Source: Nemertoderma westbladi (taxonomy: Eukaryota; Animalia; Xenacoelomorpha). Taken from it: a DNA stretch of 54,087 nt. Shown one piece after another: positions 24,970 through 35,331 of the stretch. The stretch lies in assembly GCA_032718475.1 (NCBI GenBank), contig JAUCBJ010006779.1, positions 1-54,087 on the forward strand, in the 5' to 3' direction. A program made the translations under genes and the position numbers. Under the pieces are notes generated by a model. It was not told the origin of the DNA, searched no databases, and saw nothing but the letters and a program-made list of their open reading frames with translations. How positions within the stretch are numbered: the stretch's first letter is position 1; the number at the start of each line of letters is the position of its first letter.

Positions 24970-27159
24970 TTGCCATTTACTATAGCTACTCAACCTCCAT
25001 TGACTCCTACTACTTCTGGGTCATTGTCACCACCTAGTTCTGGGGCATTTAAGTCTAAGCAGAGTTTAGGGAAGTCAATAAATAGATTGAAAAAACATCT
25101 TCCAAAATCGCCAAGTAAAAGAATGGAGACGATTAGCACTTATATCGGAAGTATGTCTCCAGCAACACGAAAGACAGTACTTCGTGGTGCCAAGGTAAGA
25201 ATGTTATTTAAAAAGCCAGGACGGCCACTGGGTAAACATTCCAGAATAACAACCGAGAAAGAAAATCGGGTCATAGAATTTCTGGAATCACCAGATATAT
25301 CGTACTGTTGTCCCGGTCGTCAACATATGGTATATGTTGGGAAAGAGAATGGTGAAAGAAAATATAAACCTAGACATTATATGTTATGGACCCTTGAGGA
25401 AACAGTTCCACTAGCCAATGAAAAAGTTCCTGACATTAAGGTCAATAAAGCTCTTCTACAACGCATAATAGCTGGTAAGAAGCATTTATATTATAATGGA
25501 AAAATGCCTGAAGATGATTGCAAATGCGAGAAGTATGAAAACCTTACCCTGTTACTAAATGGCCTAAACTCAGTTACAAATATTCGCAACCATGAACTAT
25601 TTTACCCTGATGAAAATGAGTTTGTGAGTGAAATTGTTTGTTCTCTCAAAAATAGAAGTTGCTGCGAATTTAAATGTAAGGATTGCCCTGGTTTTGAAAT
25701 TTTGGAACCTCTTTTTGAAGTTATTAGAAGTATACCTGAGATTCGTTACTATCAATGGGCCAGAACAGACAATGAAAAAATTGTTAAGAAACGAGAATAT
25801 ATTCAATGTGGGGAAGATGTTGCTGAAGATCTTAATAAGCAAGTTCATGACTATATACAACATCAGTATCGAGCTTTTCATCAACTAAACATCCTTAGAG
25901 AACAAAAATCGAAATTAAATCCGAATGAAGCAATAATAAGCATTGATTTTGCAAAGAATTACGATAATAAGCAAAGGCATGAGGTCCAAAGTGCCTATTT
26001 TGGTCATGAAAACTTTTGTATATTTACAGCAGCCTGTTACACCCGATCAAGTATTGTTGATAGCAACACCAATGATGATAATAATTCATCCAGAGGAGAT
26101 GGCCCTAGCACATCTACAGAATATGTTCCTGTTGATCCTGACTCCAACTGCACTCAATGTGATATTGGTGATAATTTATCCATGGTAGAAGGCACTAACT
26201 CAAGTATAATTGTAGAATCTGTTGCCATCATTTCCAACTGCACTGAGCATGATAAGTTCCTTGCTTTCAGTTGTATTAAACAGCTTATGCGGCATATCCG
26301 AGAAAAGAATGCCAACATTACTGATATACATGTTTGGAGTGATGGATGCTCAGGGCAGTTTCGTAGCAAACATGTATTTAAAGCAATTGCTATGGATATG
26401 CCAGACATAGTCAAGTCATGGACATATGGGGAAGCAGGCCACTTTAAAGGACCTCATGACGGTATTGGCGCAACTGTAAAAGTGCAAACATATAACCATG
26501 TGAGGTCCGGACGAGTGGTCATTAGAGATGCAGAGCATTTTGCATCTTATGCAAATGGTATTGTGAAACCTACTATTCTGTATATACCTAATGCATGTGT
26601 TGAACATTTCAGTATTGACGAGTCTGTTTATATATATCGCACTTTGAAAATCCATCAAGTCATACGTAAAGATCAAAAACTCATATTTTATGAATTAGCC
26701 AATTGCATAAATGAGATTGCTTGTTGTGATTATAGCTCATCTAATGGTAATAGTCAAGGGAGTGATATTGGAGTGGATTCGGAAGAATGTCAAAACTCAG
26801 AAGAGAGTCAAGACTCTAATCCTATCCGAGAAACATCTGAAGTTCCTGTTGTGGGCAGCTGGATAGCTGCTATTTATGATGATAACTTTATTCCTGGATG
26901 TATAGAGAAAGTCATAGATGCAAATGGCCCATTGGTTGAGGTGCGATTTATGAAAGTAATTGGTCCAAACCGTTTTATTCCTTTCTCAGCAACAAATGAT
27001 CATATCCATGCATACAATTATCAGCATAAACTTTGCGTGATTAATCAACCTCAACTGATTGCTGGCACGGAACGTTTACTGGTTCATTCACTAGATGCTA
27101 ATGAATATTCACGAGTCCTCCAACTTTTCTGCTCGGTCTGTAGAGAATTGAAATTTTAA
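24970..27159 (+). CDS. Sola2-family DDD transposase with C-terminal Tudor/SH3-like extension
   Basis: Motifs IDFAKNY, EVQSAYF, WSDGCSGQFRSK and EAGHFKGPHDGIG; Cys-rich region; uninterrupted 729-codon frame inside the TIRs. Confidence 0.85.
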   Translation: MPFTIATQPPLTPTTSGSLSPPSSGAFKSKQSLGKSINRLKKHLPKSPSKRMETISTYIGSMSPATRKTVLRGAKVRMLFKKPGRPLGKHSRITTEKENRVIEFLESPDISYCCPGRQHMVYVGKENGERKYKPRHYMLWTLEETVPLANEKVPDIKVNKALLQRIIAGKKHLYYNGKMPEDDCKCEKYENLTLLLNGLNSVTNIRNHELFYPDENEFVSEIVCSLKNRSCCEFKCKDCPGFEILEPLFEVIRSIPEIRYYQWARTDNEKIVKKREYIQCGEDVAEDLNKQVHDYIQHQYRAFHQLNILREQKSKLNPNEAIISIDFAKNYDNKQRHEVQSAYFGHENFCIFTAACYTRSSIVDSNTNDDNNSSRGDGPSTSTEYVPVDPDSNCTQCDIGDNLSMVEGTNSSIIVESVAIISNCTEHDKFLAFSCIKQLMRHIREKNANITDIHVWSDGCSGQFRSKHVFKAIAMDMPDIVKSWTYGEAGHFKGPHDGIGATVKVQTYNHVRSGRVVIRDAEHFASYANGIVKPTILYIPNACVEHFSIDESVYIYRTLKIHQVIRKDQKLIFYELANCINEIACCDYSSSNGNSQGSDIGVDSEECQNSEESQDSNPIRETSEVPVVGSWIAAIYDDNFIPGCIEKVIDANGPLVEVRFMKVIGPNRFIPFSATNDHIHAYNYQHKLCVINQPQLIAGTERLLVHSLDANEYSRVLQLFCSVCRELKF

Positions 27160-27895
27160 TAGAGACAATGGATATTTTAAACTTCATGCACAATTTAGGA
27201 CACTATGAAAAACATTTATTGAGGTGTATGAGCACTATGAGCAAGTTAATTCTACTTAAACTGTATATAAATATCACAAATTGCATTGCGGTATTTTATT
27301 CCGTCCGTTACCTTCCGTCCGTTACCGTGTATTATTTTGTTTATTATACTGTCACAGTCGTGGTTTATACAAATTGCGAAAATAATTTTAACCAATGTCA
27401 CTAGGGATATTTAATTATACTCCAATGCAAAAAAATATTTGGAAAACATTGCCAATTTGCAGGAATTTCAGATTGTCCAAGCTACATATATTCTTCAATT
27501 ATGTATGATTCCGTCCGTTACCAGAACAAATCTATTAATATCTTAAATACTTAAATGTAATTTTCTAATTTATTTTTCACATGATGAAAGTACAGTTGTC
27601 AGTTTCAGAGTAGCATATCATTTTACTGTTATTCATTCAATATCTCAAAATAGTTGTGGTTTAATCATGCGAATTTTCCGTCCGTTACCAACATAATTTT
27701 TTGAAACAGGCTCTAAGATAAGAAATAAGGTTCACAAAAGGAAATATCATAACCCTTTAAAAATATTACGTTCCGATAATTCTAGATTTCTAGCGAATAA
27801 AAATTGATTTTCGAAAGGAATTAAGAACAAACGAATGATAACAACTTAGAGCTGCTAGCAACCAGCACTATCTATCAGCAGTCATGGTAACCCAC

Positions 27896-28029
27896 CTGGC
27901 CGCCAAAGAGTTGAGGTTTATCGCCCGCTGCTTTACTCATTATAGTAATAACTTCACCGGCACTGAACTCTAACATATAATCCATATCGACAATGTGATC
28001 CTCAAACGCCAAAGCGGTTGATACAGGCT
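27896..28029 (-). CDS. MIA3: Exon 2 of MIA/TANGO1-like gene: N-terminal half of the MIA SH3-like domain
   Basis: TTTTGCAG|(K)PVSTALAFEDHIVDMDYMLEFSAGEVITIMSKAAGDKPQLFGGQ|GTGGGT, 134 nt, phase 1 in and phase 0 out. SKxAG...LxGG resembles TANGO1/MIA. Confidence 0.85.
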
Positions 28030-28279
28030 CTGCAAAATAAAGTAACAATCCCACTGACAATTCAATGTGAAGATCAAAACAATACCACGCAATCTTCTGT
28101 TGTCTACAGTCAGAAGTTATATATGTTATTATAGTTATTAGTTATTTAAACATGGAGTAGAGTAGAATGATCAAATCAAACTCTATGGCAAAAATGCCTC
28201 CATAATATAGTACCGGTACTTATCATACTATAATTTTATTAAAAAGTTTATTTAAGTTTATTAATTTATACAAATCATT

Positions 28280-28740
28280 GGTGAGACCTATTCTAGAACA
28301 CGCTTCCCCAGTCTGGTCCCCACATCGTATTGGCGAAATTAGATTGAGTCAGTGCAGTGCCGTGCAACGAGGTTAGTCCGGAGTTTGCGAGACAAACCGT
28401 ATCCAACGCGGTTGCGTGAATTGGGCCTCCCAACATTAGAATACCGCCGACACAGGGCGGACCTAATCCAGGTATTCCGCTACCTATCTGGGATGGATGA
28501 CGTCGACTGCTCCACGGTACTCACGCTCGCGCCAAGCGATGGTCTTCGAGGTCATTCGAAAAAACTGTGCAAATTTAGAGCGCGCCTACTTAGAGGAACT
28601 CAACTTTCCACTTCCGAGTTATCGATCCGTGGAATGCGCTTTCCGAATCCGTCATATCGCCACCATCCTTGAATGTTTTCAAAGGTCGGCTTAATCATCA
28701 CTACCATAACTTTCCATTAAAGTTCACCCCTTCCTGGTGG
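28280..28740 (+). mobile_element. CR1-clade LINE, 3' end of ORF2 (frameshifted); 3' UTR probably continues to ~29380
   Basis: VRPILEHASPVWSPH...VQCRATRLVRSLRDKPYPTRLRELGLPTLEYRRHRADLIQVFRYL...RVIDPWNAL. Confidence 0.85.
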
Positions 28741-28805
28741 ACATGATTCATTCATCCCCAACCCCCCCCCCCCCCCCCCCCACACACACACTCGTCGTCC
28801 TTAAC

Positions 28806-29023
28806 TTTTTAGGTCCGCGTAGCGAGACCTCTAGTATTCACTCCGTTGTTGTTGGTGTTGTTGTTGTTAATTTTCACTTGGTTTTGGCACCATACGGCAG
28901 GTACCGAGTTCAATCCCTTATTCCGGTGAATGTTTTTTGTTGTTGTAAGATTGATAGTAAGTCATTCAAAGAGGCATTTCATTCGTTAGTAGACGCCGAC
29001 CTTTGCGCGATTTCGCGCTTGTT
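28806..29023 (+). mobile_element. Second copy of the HINE-like element, with a single satellite monomer
   Basis: TTTTTAGGTCCGCGTAGCGAGACCTCTAGTATTCACTCCGTTGTTGTTG...CATACGGCAGGTACCGAGTTCAATCCC...GCGATTTCGCGCTTGTT. The A-box part present at 22230-22268 is deleted. Confidence 0.75.
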
Positions 29024-29495
29024 ACTCATGTAATTAATTTCATATTTTGCCTGATTAATTCAAGCCATCATTCCACCAAATTCATCGCACTTAATTCTAT
29101 TGTAGCCAAACACTTTATTGTATTTATATGGTATTTTATTTGTCCGTTACCTCCTACGTACCTTTTAATTACAACACTATGGTGTTAACTTAGATTGACT
29201 TTGATTTTATTTATAATGAACGTACAGTACAATTTCATACATTCGAATTTCGAATTTACCTACTGTTATTTAACAGTTTAATGCTTACCAATAATAATGT
29301 TACTGTTCATTTTATTTATAGTGTGTACGAGCTCGATAAGCAATAGCTTCATTATGCCCTATTACCATTAAATCATAAGTCCTGTTTAAAATATCTAATA
29401 ATTAATATCAGAATATACAGTAATACAGCACAGAAGTACCCACTGCCCACGCCCTACTACTACTAGGATCGGCATGCTGCATTGCAGCTGCATTT

Positions 29496-30893
29496 TTAAG
29501 AATGCTGTGCCGGCTTGTCAACAAAATTGCACCGCCACAACTCCCTATCACCCATGACATTTGCTAGATCATCCGCATCTTTAAGGCCAGTGCCCTTTAA
29601 GATGCGTCTCAAGAAAGTCATGGGCTGTCCACCATGCTTATTCACTCCATGAGGCTGCCAAAGTACAAGATTATGCACTGGCTGGTCCTCACGGCGAAAG
29701 CAATGTCCTGCAAAGCGGAGGCGATTTTGTCAAGCTTGGGGGAATCAATGAGACACCTCCAATGTTATATAGTGTCTGGTTGGAGATGTGTGCATTGTAC
29801 TTGACACAATGTACCCGGCGTAGCATTCTTGTGAATGTGCCATCCAGAGATTTGGTGTCCTCAGCAGTTAGAGCCCAGCATGGACTCCCGTAGAGGAGTA
29901 CTGGAACTACTGCTGCTCTAAATAATCGGACCTTAAGTTTCCGATTAATTCTAGGTGACTTCCAAATCCTGGAAAGCCTATTCAAGGCTGCCCATGCCTT
30001 TCCCTTACGTATTCGAAGGTCCTCACCTGACTTCCGGATCCATGATCCCAGGTAACAGAAGTCGTCCACATGCTCAAGCATACCATCCTTTGAGCTTATG
30101 CTCATCCGATCAGAGACTTGCTGAGGACTTTCAAAGTTAACTGTCAGAATTTTGGTCTTTCTGGAGTTAATAAAAAGACCAACACTAGAAGCAGCATGTT
30201 CTAATGAGCTGAGGAGCCGCTGGGCTCCCTCTAATGATTCTGAGAGTACTCCTAAGTCATCAGCAAAGTCTAGATCAGTTAGGTACTTGGCAGGATTTCC
30301 TCGACTTCTGGAGCCAGTAGGTGGAGTTATCATCACCCCATCATCATTATGATGATCTAAGGACATGCGTAGAACATAGTCAACCACAATAATGAACAAG
30401 AATGGTGAAAGCGTGTCTCCTTGGAGTACGCCCCATAACACTTCAAATGGTTCTGTGTCACCGTCAACAGTAGACACAAATGTTGTCGAACCATCGTATA
30501 CTGATCTGATTGCTGCAATAATTTCATCAGGAATCCCATATAATGAAAGTATGCTGAACATACGTGAGCGAGAGACTGAATCAAAGGCCTTGAAGAAGTC
30601 AACAAAGATAACAGCCAGATGCCTGTCTTTCTTTTTTGATAACTCTTCAATTATCCTTCTAAGTGCCAAAATGGGCTCCATGGTCCCACGACCTTTACGG
30701 AACCCATTCTGATTTCCACGTAGCAGTCTCTCAATGGGATCCCTGATGCGATTTAATAGAATTCTATTGTATAGTTTTGCAGCAATCGAGATCAATGAGA
30801 TTCCCCGAAAAGAACCATAGAGTGTTAGGTTGCCCTTCTTGGGGACTGGCACCAACTTATTTGTTTTCATTTCTTGTGGGACTCTTGTTGTAC
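29496..30893 (-). pseudogene. RTE reverse transcriptase domain (disrupted)
   Basis: Motifs FRGISL, QNGFRKGR, FVDFFKAFDSV, GVLQGDTLSPFLF, LDFADD and YLGS. An 8-bp deletion near 29730 relative to the 49200 copy shifts the frame. Confidence 0.92.
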
Positions 30894-33800
30894 TAGGGGG
30901 AGATGTTAGGTCACAAACAGTATTGGCTACCATCCACAAAGTTGTGTCCATGTATCCTGTCACCGAAAATAACATCAAAACAGGGTAGGTGTCAAGTCCT
31001 AGGGTACCTACCCCCCTACTTAGATGCGCTTCCATCATATGCGACTGAATGTAGTCTAGCGGGTTAACCGCTCTCACTAATTATGCAAAAAAAACGTAAA
31101 ATTCAGAATTAATTATGTAAACTATCATCAAAAATACACCTACAGGGTAGGTGGTCACGGTTAGGTCCTCAAAACAGATTAGATTCAAGTCCTAGGGTAC
31201 CTTCCCCCACTTAGAACAGATTCCGTCATGTGCGACAATGTAGTCTAGCGGTCCTGCAGTCAAATGTCGTGTCCTGGGGGTACCCCTGCTTTAGAGTCAT
31301 TGCCTGTGATGGGTCACCAAATGTAGGCCTAGTTTTGTGCTACATCCTCTTGGGAATTCTGTAATTTAGGAGTTAAGCACTTATCTTAGCATAGGCCTTT
31401 GGTGACTTAGTAATTTGTAGATCGAATGTAACATAGTTATAGGATCCAATGTAACATAATTGAGGTTACGTTCGATTCGTAAAAGCTATGTTACGTTCGA
31501 TCCTGATTACGTTCGGTCTGTCACCCCCACTCTTTATAGGCCTACCTACTGGTTGCAGTTCATTTCATATAATTTATACTATTGATACTTTGAATTCATT
31601 ATATTGGATACTATATACAAAATTTAATCTAATTTAAACTCTTAGTATATTTATCTAATGGAGTCTGAAGAACAAGAAGATTTTAATTTTCTTACAACTA
31701 GAGCGAGTCAATACAGCAGGAAAGCAGCTACAGAAGTAGAAGTTTCTACATCAGCAGCATCTTCATCAAGTCGTCCTGTAAGAAAGCTGCAAGTGATAAA
31801 ATGCCAGAACCATTATCAAAAGAAGGATTTGGGAAAGGATTGCTCTGAGTGCATTTACTTTCCCACATTAGAGTCTTTTCCAAATGGAAAGCTCCCAACT
31901 ATAGCTCAAGTGATTGGTTTAACTTTGGTGGCAAAACATGATGAACAAAACCAAGCTCTGAAGGTTGACGTTATTTTAGATGTTGTATCAAATATGATGC
32001 TCCAATGGATATATTGCAACATTTACACTGTAACACGAAAGTCTGTAAGAAACAAATTGGAATCTTTATTAAAGGAATACTACTATCTTAAGGACTATCC
32101 TGCAACTAAAAAGAAATATACTTACTGGCAAAGGTTCCAGGATTTTCAGGCAAAGTGCAAGGGTCTCTTTGACATCAAATGTGACAGTAGCAAAGAGAAA
32201 TCACAGGGACTAATATGGGGTGTTATGATGACTGATGATGATCGGAAATTCTATGAAAATCAGTGTTTGATGCCACAAGTTGGGTACTGTTCTTCTTTTG
32301 TGAATAGGAAATGGGCAGTATCTAGTGAAAGGCATAATAGAGAAAGTCTTAGCAAGTTAAAGGCAAAGGAGAAGTCAGAGATTGAAAAAGAGAAGTTAAA
32401 TCCTATTGCATGGTCTGATATTGAAGGTGGAATTTTGAGTGAAAGTAATGATGAAGGTAGCTTAGATGAAGGTGAATGCTTCGAATTGGCAACACCTAAG
32501 AAAAGAAAGTATCAATTTGATGATGTTCTTGAATCAGAAAATGACCAGATTATGTCATTTAATTATAGACATATCCGTAATGGACCAAGATCGGTACGGC
32601 CAGAGGTTTATACATTGATGCATAAGTTGTCATCAGAATTTCATATGAGCAAAGCTCAAATAGAAGGTTCAATTATCAATGTAGCCAATACCCTATTTGG
32701 TAGAAATTGGAAAGCTTACAGTAATGATGATGCAACAACTGTTGATACACTGCCAAATCTGAGCAACTTAAGAAGAACCGAGCCATACATAGAAGCAATG
32801 GCCCTTAGCACTATTGTTGAGGATATAATGGAAGATAGTAATATGACATCAATTACATACTCGAGTGATGGGTCAAGCATGAGTGGGGTAGGTAAATATG
32901 TTGTGCAATCACTCACAATTAATGGTGTGCAGAGAGCACTACCAACACTTGGGATTTTTACAGAATCCAGAGAGAGTCTGAAGGATCTCGAAATTATTAC
33001 CTTAAAGATACTTTCAGCAGCAGTAGGTCACAAATATTCTGAAAAAGATATACTTAAGAAGATTTCGTTTGTGATGACTGATAGCACTGCTCATAACCTA
33101 AATGTCATTGAAAGTGTTTGTGAGGAGTTAGATGTTGATACTGTACCTGGAACACTCTTATGCAACATTCATCCATTGATGATGTTTCAGTCAAATATTA
33201 AACAGCTTTGTCAAGAAATACATGATTCGTTAGGACCACGTAAGATTAATGAATGTTTTCTGGTTGATCTTGACATGCATCATGAGTCATTCATTATCAA
33301 AGCAATTAAGTGTCTTTCGCATTTTATCAATCGAGACTTTTCAGCAAAACCTTGGAATAGGCAAGGTCATTTTGATGAGTTCATCAAACCAAAGGTAAAC
33401 ATGTCATTGTGTCTAAAAGACCACCGATTTAATAGGATTAATGACTGTTGTCTAAGCTTGCTTTATCATCTTGATGACATTGCGAACTATCTTGATACAT
33501 TCAAGAATATTATGAATAACATATCGATTCTAGACCGCAGCTTTGTTGAGATGGAAATACTCAAACCAATATTGTGTACAATTTCATTAGTTGGAATTCA
33601 TATTACTCGTCCTTTCGAGCATCTCCTCATGGACACATCAACTACATACTCAATGCTGTTAAAGTCATTTCCAAAGCTATTTGCTGATCTTACGGAAATC
33701 CCAGCCATCAGATTCAGTTCCACATCAGAACAAGTTTGCACATTTGTCTCAAGTGAAATTTTTAAGAAGTCATTACCAAATCAATGCTTGTTAGATAACC

Positions 33801-35331
33801 TCAATCAAATTGCTAAGTGTTACAGCAGAGAAATTGAAGATCTGTTAACATTACTACTTCATAAATTTGCAAAAGGTTTTGAAAGACAGAAGGGTGCAAT
33901 TTTTGGATTTGGAGAAAATAAAGAAGCGGATACAGGCACAGTTCTAAAAATTGCAAGTGCTACAGAAGAAGAAGTAACTAAGCTCGATCAGACGATAATC
34001 CATAATGTTGGTGAGGAAAGAAGTGTTGGATTTGTCAACTATGAGATTGGTATCAGGGGGAAACGCTGTCTGGAAGCTGCATCACGTAAGATGATATTAA
34101 ATAAGGCCAGTGATCTGATAGCACAATGTAATCCTGCAGATTTAAGCAAATTTAGAAAGCAGTCACAAGAAATAAAGGAACATAAGCTCAATTGGAATGC
34201 ACGTATGAGAGAACTTCAAAATATTGGATACACTGAAAAACAGGCTTTAAATACAAAGTTAGAGGAAACCAAATTAAATCTTCTGTCTTTTCTTAAGCAC
34301 CAACAACCCATGGGACCATTTACTAACTCACAAGAGGTTAAAAACTTCATCAGTTGCTCGATTGATAATAAAGATGCAAATGATCGTCTATACAGGGAAG
34401 TTAAATATGCCAGGATTACTTCTTTATCCCTCCCAGAAAGTTCTTCCGTTTTTAGATTAAGGAAAGATGGCAAAAATCTGGGTACAAATCACTATGCAGA
34501 CAATCTAATTCAGTATCTGGATCAGTCAAATAGTGCATCTACAATTAGTATGGCAGATCTGCATAATGTTTTAACAGGCTTGACAAACATGTCAAGTAAA
34601 CCGTCATCAATAGGGCATATTGTAGAGAAAACTGTTGAAACATCTGGCATGAAGGTTGATATAGGAGACCATGTAATTGCATATTGGAGGGATGACAATG
34701 ACCTGCAATTAAAATGGTACCTAGGTGTTGTTGAATGTCAACTTGGAGATGGGAAATTCCTAATTTCATATCTCAAGAAATCAGATAAAGATGGGTGCAG
34801 TTGGGTGTATCCAGAAGCAGCTGAGGTACTAGAAACATTGGAAGAACAGATAATGATGACACAAATTGATGTGACCTACCACTGCACAACAAGAATAAGA
34901 TGTAATGTCAGTGGTGTCTTGGTAAAAAAGCTCAATGAGCTTTTAGCAGAAATGTAACTCGAGAGTCAGGACTAATTACAACATAGATACATTTTATTAT
35001 ATCTACAAAGTACAAAACTTTAAAAATGTATTGCATTTTATACCTTATACATGTTCATGTTCATCTTGTTTAGGAATGCCAACACAGCTTCTAAATTAGC
35101 GCACAAACATCATTTTATTAAATAGTGCTACCCGCTAAGATTATAGTGGACCATGATGACTGCCGTAAATAATGAGGTAATCACCGAAACTTTGATATGA
35201 TAGGTAGGTATCCTAAAAAATGGATCCTACCAAATATTTGCACGTTTTTCATCACCAGTAGACTAATTAACATGTTTTGGACAGGTAGCCAACCCCTTAA
35301 AACCCTTTTCAAAAAATAACATCCCCCCCTA
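30894..35331 (+). mobile_element. Full-length hAT-superfamily DNA transposon with 7-bp TSD (hATw-like), 4438 bp
   Basis: TIRs TAGGGGGAGATGTTA / TAACATCCCCCCCTA; TSD GTTGTAC at 30887-30893 and 35332-35338, confirmed by rejoining the RTE frame. Confidence 0.85.
31658..34957 (+). CDS. Intact 1099-aa hAT-like DDE transposase with C-terminal Tudor/Agenet-like domain
   Basis: Candidate catalytic residues in SSDGS, MTDS and EERSVG; CxxH motif LCNIHPL; single intronless ORF inside the TIRs. Confidence 0.85.
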   Translation: MESEEQEDFNFLTTRASQYSRKAATEVEVSTSAASSSSRPVRKLQVIKCQNHYQKKDLGKDCSECIYFPTLESFPNGKLPTIAQVIGLTLVAKHDEQNQALKVDVILDVVSNMMLQWIYCNIYTVTRKSVRNKLESLLKEYYYLKDYPATKKKYTYWQRFQDFQAKCKGLFDIKCDSSKEKSQGLIWGVMMTDDDRKFYENQCLMPQVGYCSSFVNRKWAVSSERHNRESLSKLKAKEKSEIEKEKLNPIAWSDIEGGILSESNDEGSLDEGECFELATPKKRKYQFDDVLESENDQIMSFNYRHIRNGPRSVRPEVYTLMHKLSSEFHMSKAQIEGSIINVANTLFGRNWKAYSNDDATTVDTLPNLSNLRRTEPYIEAMALSTIVEDIMEDSNMTSITYSSDGSSMSGVGKYVVQSLTINGVQRALPTLGIFTESRESLKDLEIITLKILSAAVGHKYSEKDILKKISFVMTDSTAHNLNVIESVCEELDVDTVPGTLLCNIHPLMMFQSNIKQLCQEIHDSLGPRKINECFLVDLDMHHESFIIKAIKCLSHFINRDFSAKPWNRQGHFDEFIKPKVNMSLCLKDHRFNRINDCCLSLLYHLDDIANYLDTFKNIMNNISILDRSFVEMEILKPILCTISLVGIHITRPFEHLLMDTSTTYSMLLKSFPKLFADLTEIPAIRFSSTSEQVCTFVSSEIFKKSLPNQCLLDNLNQIAKCYSREIEDLLTLLLHKFAKGFERQKGAIFGFGENKEADTGTVLKIASATEEEVTKLDQTIIHNVGEERSVGFVNYEIGIRGKRCLEAASRKMILNKASDLIAQCNPADLSKFRKQSQEIKEHKLNWNARMRELQNIGYTEKQALNTKLEETKLNLLSFLKHQQPMGPFTNSQEVKNFISCSIDNKDANDRLYREVKYARITSLSLPESSSVFRLRKDGKNLGTNHYADNLIQYLDQSNSASTISMADLHNVLTGLTNMSSKPSSIGHIVEKTVETSGMKVDIGDHVIAYWRDDNDLQLKWYLGVVECQLGDGKFLISYLKKSDKDGCSWVYPEAAEVLETLEEQIMMTQIDVTYHCTTRIRCNVSGVLVKKLNELLAEM

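Larger units (their letters stand above)
23107..27713 (+). mobile_element. Full-length Sola2-type DNA transposon (4607 bp)
   Basis: TIRs GAGTCTGTTTCACAAAAT / ATTTTTTGAAACAGGCTC; 4-bp TSD TAAG (23103-23106, 27714-27717); subterminal TCCGTCCGTTAC motifs at both ends; transposase motifs. Confidence 0.85.

Noticed and set aside
29689-31077. 462-aa RT with novel N-terminus
   Set aside because: The first ~60 residues are read from the inserted hAT end; the ORF is a chimera.
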